Shown here in pieces: positions 60,201 to 64,000 of a stretch of 64,000 bases of DNA (the stretch's first letter is position 1; each line of letters starts with the position of its first letter). This DNA is from Lingula anatina (taxonomy: Eukaryota > Animalia > Brachiopoda), in the NCBI GenBank assembly GCA_051362555.1, contig CM120642.1, positions 2,728,001 through 2,792,000 of the forward strand. The letters run 5' to 3'. Made by a program: the position numbers and the translations under genes. The notes below the pieces were generated by a model that was given only the letters and a program-made list of their open reading frames with translations, did not search any database and was not told the DNA's origin.

Positions 60201-62469
60201 TTTGGTTTTGATAAAAAAGTCTGAAAGATTTTTCGAAGAAAAATCTTAACGCACACGTAGTGTGCGTGGGGGGGTTGTTAAGGGGGGTGCGCCCCCCTTA
60301 AGCCTTGGAAAATTTTTTGACTTTTGCATTATGAATGGTGCAATTTCCTTGCATTTAAGATCCCCCAAAAGAACTTTTTATCAGGCAAAAATGAGTAAAA
60401 ATACATGAAATTTCATACAAATTTACACAAGAACATTATTTAAATAGAATAAATAATACAATCTATCTATGGAAATTTTTTTTTACTTTTGCATTATGAT
60501 TGGTGCACTTTCCTTGCATTTAAGACCCACAAAATGAACTTTCTATCAAGCAAAAATGTGTAAAAAAATGTGTAAAAATACATGAAAATTTCATACAAAT
60601 TTACACAAGCACATGATTTGAATAGAATAAATAATACAATCTAATATAGAACCTTCTTACCTTAGTTCAAATGAAATTTGTTGAATTTTCAAATGCTGTT
60701 ATAATCCTTAAAAGTCAATTTTGCAGTTTCAGTTCAATTAAATTTGTGACCTTTTTCATGTAAAGTTAATTTTGCAGTTTCAGTTCAAATAACTTTGACT
60801 CCAAAGCATTAGAGTTTTTTTTTTTGTTTTTGTTTTTTGTTTTTAATCTTTTTTTTTTTCTTTTTTTCTCACACATTGTCTTTTTTTTTTTTTTTTAAAG
60901 CAACAAGCTTTTTCAGTCTTGCTCCTATGGTCGCTTTCCTCTGAGCCTTCTCTTGCCGCAGCTGATGTTCAAGCCTAGCTTTTTTTTCAGCAGCATGTTG
61001 TGCTCGCTTTGCTGCTAATTTTGATTGTAGTTTGTTTGCTGAAATGTTCAGGGATGCCTGTTTCTCTGCTAACTTTTGTCGCTGTTCTTCCAATATCTTT
61101 CTGTACTTCCCTGCTATTATCATTGTAAAAAAAAAAAACTTTCACCAGGTAAAATTCATTCAGTATTATAATTAATTTATCTTGAAAACAGGATATCTAA
61201 TTTATTTTCAAAAAAAGAAATTGCCATACATCCTAAAAAATGTATGAAATGTCATTTTTGTCGCCCCCTAATAATGAAAATATACATTCGTGTGAACAGC
61301 ATCCATGGAAACGAGGTTAAATTTCATAAACGTCAGGGTCGGAAAACCCAGATATATCGCACCTAAGCCGCCCCCGGTAGCCATATGCTGTTAGGAGACG
61401 TTATTCAAAGTAAATTTGTTCTAAGATATAATTAAGGTTCATTTTGCATGCCTGTAAACTCCTAGATCTAAGGGTTTATCTTACATAGAAGTGTGATTTA
61501 ACATCGTGTAAATCATAAATCGGCATGAAATAATTGACTTTTGAAAACGTACACAACTTCTTTGCTGCACTTGAAATGACCTCGTTAGCTATAAATATGA
61601 TCCTTTCACCTTGCCACGTGACATCATTTGATCCATAGACATGAGTAGTTGTCACTGTTGAAGGGAAAGCACGTCTATTTATAGGAACTGAAATCAGATG
61701 ACGCAATGTATTGTTGTGTTCAGAGAGCGACTTTCACTTGACCTACTTTCCAGTGCTGTATGTTGAACAGTACGTAGCTGCACCGGTATTTCTTCTCATT
61801 ATACTTCAATTTGAGAAAATAAAAAACTTAATTGACTTGTATAATTTCCCACCGGTACGATAGGTATTTAATAAACATACCGGGTGGAAGAATTTTGAAA
61901 AATTAATAAGCGTACTGGGTATGTTTATTTGATACTTCGGTCCCCTTTTAGGAGTGCGCCCGAGGGCGCATCTCTAGGAATTTTTTGGCGACATTTTCAA
62001 TTTTTGGGCGACAATGTCGCAATGTCGCGCTCTGGGCAGAACCCTGCAACTCAAAACATGAAAATTTTCAAATGCAAGTTCAATGTCTTCATACGACATA
62101 CACACAACCGATCTAGTAAAACAACCTACCTGAATTTATTCTTAATCCCTTTATCGATTTCTCTGACTCTATCGTCGTTTACACCGGCCTCAAGTAGCTT
62201 CATTTTCCAAAACGCAAAAGCGACACACGATACCACATGGAAAAAACCGCGCAGCGCTATATGAACAGGATACAGGCCGTTTTACGGTAATTGCATTCAA
62301 TGACTGTATAAATGTCGTATAGATGTCGCAAAAGTTTCCCCCTTGATAACAGTGCGTCCCAGAATCGATATATATGTACGGTTGGTAACGTTTTTCGGCA
62401 AGGTCAAAATTGAAAACATGCGAGTGCCGATGAGTGAAGGGTCTCGCCGGGGAAGGGAAGGGTACCCCT

Positions 62470-62507
<38 letters not shown>

Positions 62508-63050
62508 AAATTTTCTCAACGGATTTGCAATGATATAAAAAATGACATTTTTGAAGGAAAAAGTCGGAATTCCGCCAAAAGACGGAAAAATCTCATGCCT
62601 GCTTGGAGTTAGTGAGCAGTGGCTATTGCAACTTTACTCAATCTGAACTGCCCTCTATTTGTGACCTGCATAATAAAACTGATGTGATGACATGGTGGCA
62701 GTCAGCAGATTAATATAGGACATGAAACATTAATAGATTTAACATGTCAATACACATGTCAATACAATGTCCAATGTGCCACTACTCAGGACATGCCATG
62801 TATATGTGTGTGACATTGGTAACAGATGTTTGTGACTACACTGGCCATTTGATATACAAATATATTTGAAATGTCAGTATGTCTGACGTGTGGTGTGATA
62901 TTACACCTGCCATACCGTTGATGATATAGGTAGCATCTGGTGGGTTTGTGACCTGTAGATTCCGATGGGTATTTCACATGTCGTGGAACACAGTTTCTGA
63001 TACAGCCTGCCGTACGTCCTGATCCACATGTGGTCCCTTGTAATACGCAT
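53195..63050 (-). CDS. KCNT: KCNT/Slo2 sodium-activated potassium channel, C-terminal exons (gene begins beyond window end)
   Basis: Exons 63050-62916 ([34 protein letters not shown], matching the KCNT1/2 RCK2 region), candidate cassette 59105-59010, 57460-57328 ([19 protein letters not shown]), 54566-54482 ([20 protein letters not shown]), 53754-53595 (YLIKPSSL...), 53281-53195 (QVPTVSVSD...GVKGTIV*). Phases are consistent. Confidence 0.9.
54913..55077. mobile_element. PIF/Harbinger-like MITE with ca. 39-bp TIRs and 3-bp TSD (TAT)
   Basis: TAT|GGCCTCATTCAGGATAGGGGACTAACTAGTCCGAGGGTC ... GACCCTCAGACTAGTTAGTCCCCTATTCTGAATGGGGCC|TAT. Confidence 0.85.
55184..55290. mobile_element. Small MITE-like element
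   Basis: AT|CCCTTAGCAAAAT ... ATTTTGCTAATAAGGG|AT imperfect inverted ends. Confidence 0.45.
55465..55636 (+). repeat. Interspersed repeat family B (poly-G head), related copy at 11305-11455
   Basis: Shared core CAGAAAAAGG...GTAAAATTTGATCTAGGTAC...AAGGTTTCAT; ends resemble CCTGTAGCT...AGCTACGGG. Confidence 0.6.
57954..58260. mobile_element. Kolobok-type MITE (TTAA target site)
   Basis: TTAA|AAGGATAATAACTCTT ... AAGAGTTATTATCCCT|TTAA, a 15/16 inverted match. TTAA duplication with purine-purine termini fits Kolobok rather than piggyBac (CCC termini). Confidence 0.75.
60190..62601. mobile_element. 2.4-kb non-autonomous DNA transposon (hAT-like), composite, in a KCNT intron
   Basis: 14-bp perfect TIR CAGGCATGAGATTT / AAATCTCATGCCTG, flanked by CTTGGAG on both sides (60183-60189, 62602-62608). 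Internal hairpins (60249-60267, 60278-60301, 61955-61971), ca. 165-bp internal duplication (60307-60642), and a second terminus-like GAACCCTG at 62046 with GCGACA/TGTCGC subterminal motifs. Confidence 0.8.
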
Positions 63051-63420
63051 CTGGGGAATGAAAAACAAGTACAGTGTACTAGTAGGGATACAACTTGAGT
63101 ACCACTTCAAGCATGACAGAAGCTTTATACACTGATAAATACCAGAGGGAGAGATAGAGTTGATGGTTAATACTGCTATCTTTGACAAACATTCCAATTG
63201 CTTTATCCTTCACACTTTGTGGATTTGTTTTAATTTCCCTTCACTCTGAAAGAATGTATCAGCTTTGGATCTTGCAATAATCAGACACAATTACCACCTG
63301 TGCAATGAGAGCTAATTTATCCTTCGCAACATTCAGAATGGAAAAAAGAGAGAAATGGGAGGGGGGTGGGGGGAGGGGAGAGAATAGATGCAAATATTCA
63401 ATTATAGTGAAATATCTTTC

Positions 63421-63660
63421 AAATGTTCAAAATTAGTTCTGTTGTTATCGCAGGGCATTTTTTATCAAATGGGAGGATTTGAATGTTCAAAATTAGTTCT
63501 GTCGTTATCGCAGGGCATTTCTTATCAAATGGGAGGATTTGAATGTTCAAAATTAGTTCTGTCATTATCGCAGGGCATTTTTTATCAAATGGGAGGATTT
63601 GAATGTTCAAAATTAGTTCTGTCGTTATAGCAGGGCATTTTTTATCAAATGGGAGGATTT
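63421..63660. repeat. 60-bp minisatellite x4
   Basis: GAATGTTCAAAATTAGTTCTGTCGTTATCGCAGGGCATTTTTTATCAAATGGGAGGATTT at 63421, 63481, 63541, 63601. Confidence 0.95.
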
Positions 63661-64000
63661 GATCTCGAACATATTTCAACAAAATAGTTGGTGCAGGGGC
63701 AGGAAAAACTAAACCAAACCTTACAGAAGAGCAGTTTATCCCAAAAGAAGTTCCAAACCATTTTAATTGAGCTGGGTTAAAAAAAAAAAGAACTGACCGC
63801 AAATCAAGTACACAATTTCATATATTTTGTCTATGTAAATTATCAATCTGATTCATTTTCAGTCATGTCCCATGCCACATGTCCTGGTGGGTGTGCAATT
63901 TTCCAAGTGAAAGCCATTAAAAGCAATCATGTTATCAGCATGCAATCACATTATCAACAGAGCACCTTGAGTCACAGGGAACCAATGTGAAAGAATTGAA

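Noticed and set aside
63388-63802. Repetitive ORFs on both strands
   Set aside because: By-product of the 60-bp minisatellite.

Overview
AT-rich, intron-containing animal genomic DNA; an invertebrate, plausibly a mollusc or other lophotrochozoan (inference from gene and repeat style, not provable here). All gene models were spliced and frame-checked by hand. Gene order: (-) 5' part of CCDC138; a CpG-rich divergent promoter; (+) a single-coding-exon GT92/DUF23 galactosyltransferase; (+) a 14-coding-exon PPEF/rdgC EF-hand phosphatase; (-) a secreted, probably GPI-anchored protein with two three-finger (Ly6/quiver-like) domains; (+) an intronless class A GPCR; (-) the 3' end of a KCNT/Slo2 potassium channel. 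The most striking structure is a 12.5-kb insertion in the last PPEF intron with the hallmarks of a non-autonomous Helentron/HINE (DINE-1-like) element: 15-bp subterminal inverted repeats, 5' and 3' hairpins, a CTAG end and a T-rich target. It carries about 78 in-phase copies of a 146-bp satellite with higher-order periodicity, and nearly every monomer holds a perfect nuclear-receptor DR1 site plus a third half-site. Other points: GT92 and PPEF may share a first exon and promoter, PPEF needs a GC-AG intron with a duplicated dead donor beside it, and several MITE families are present. No rRNA, bona fide tRNA or CRISPR array was seen.
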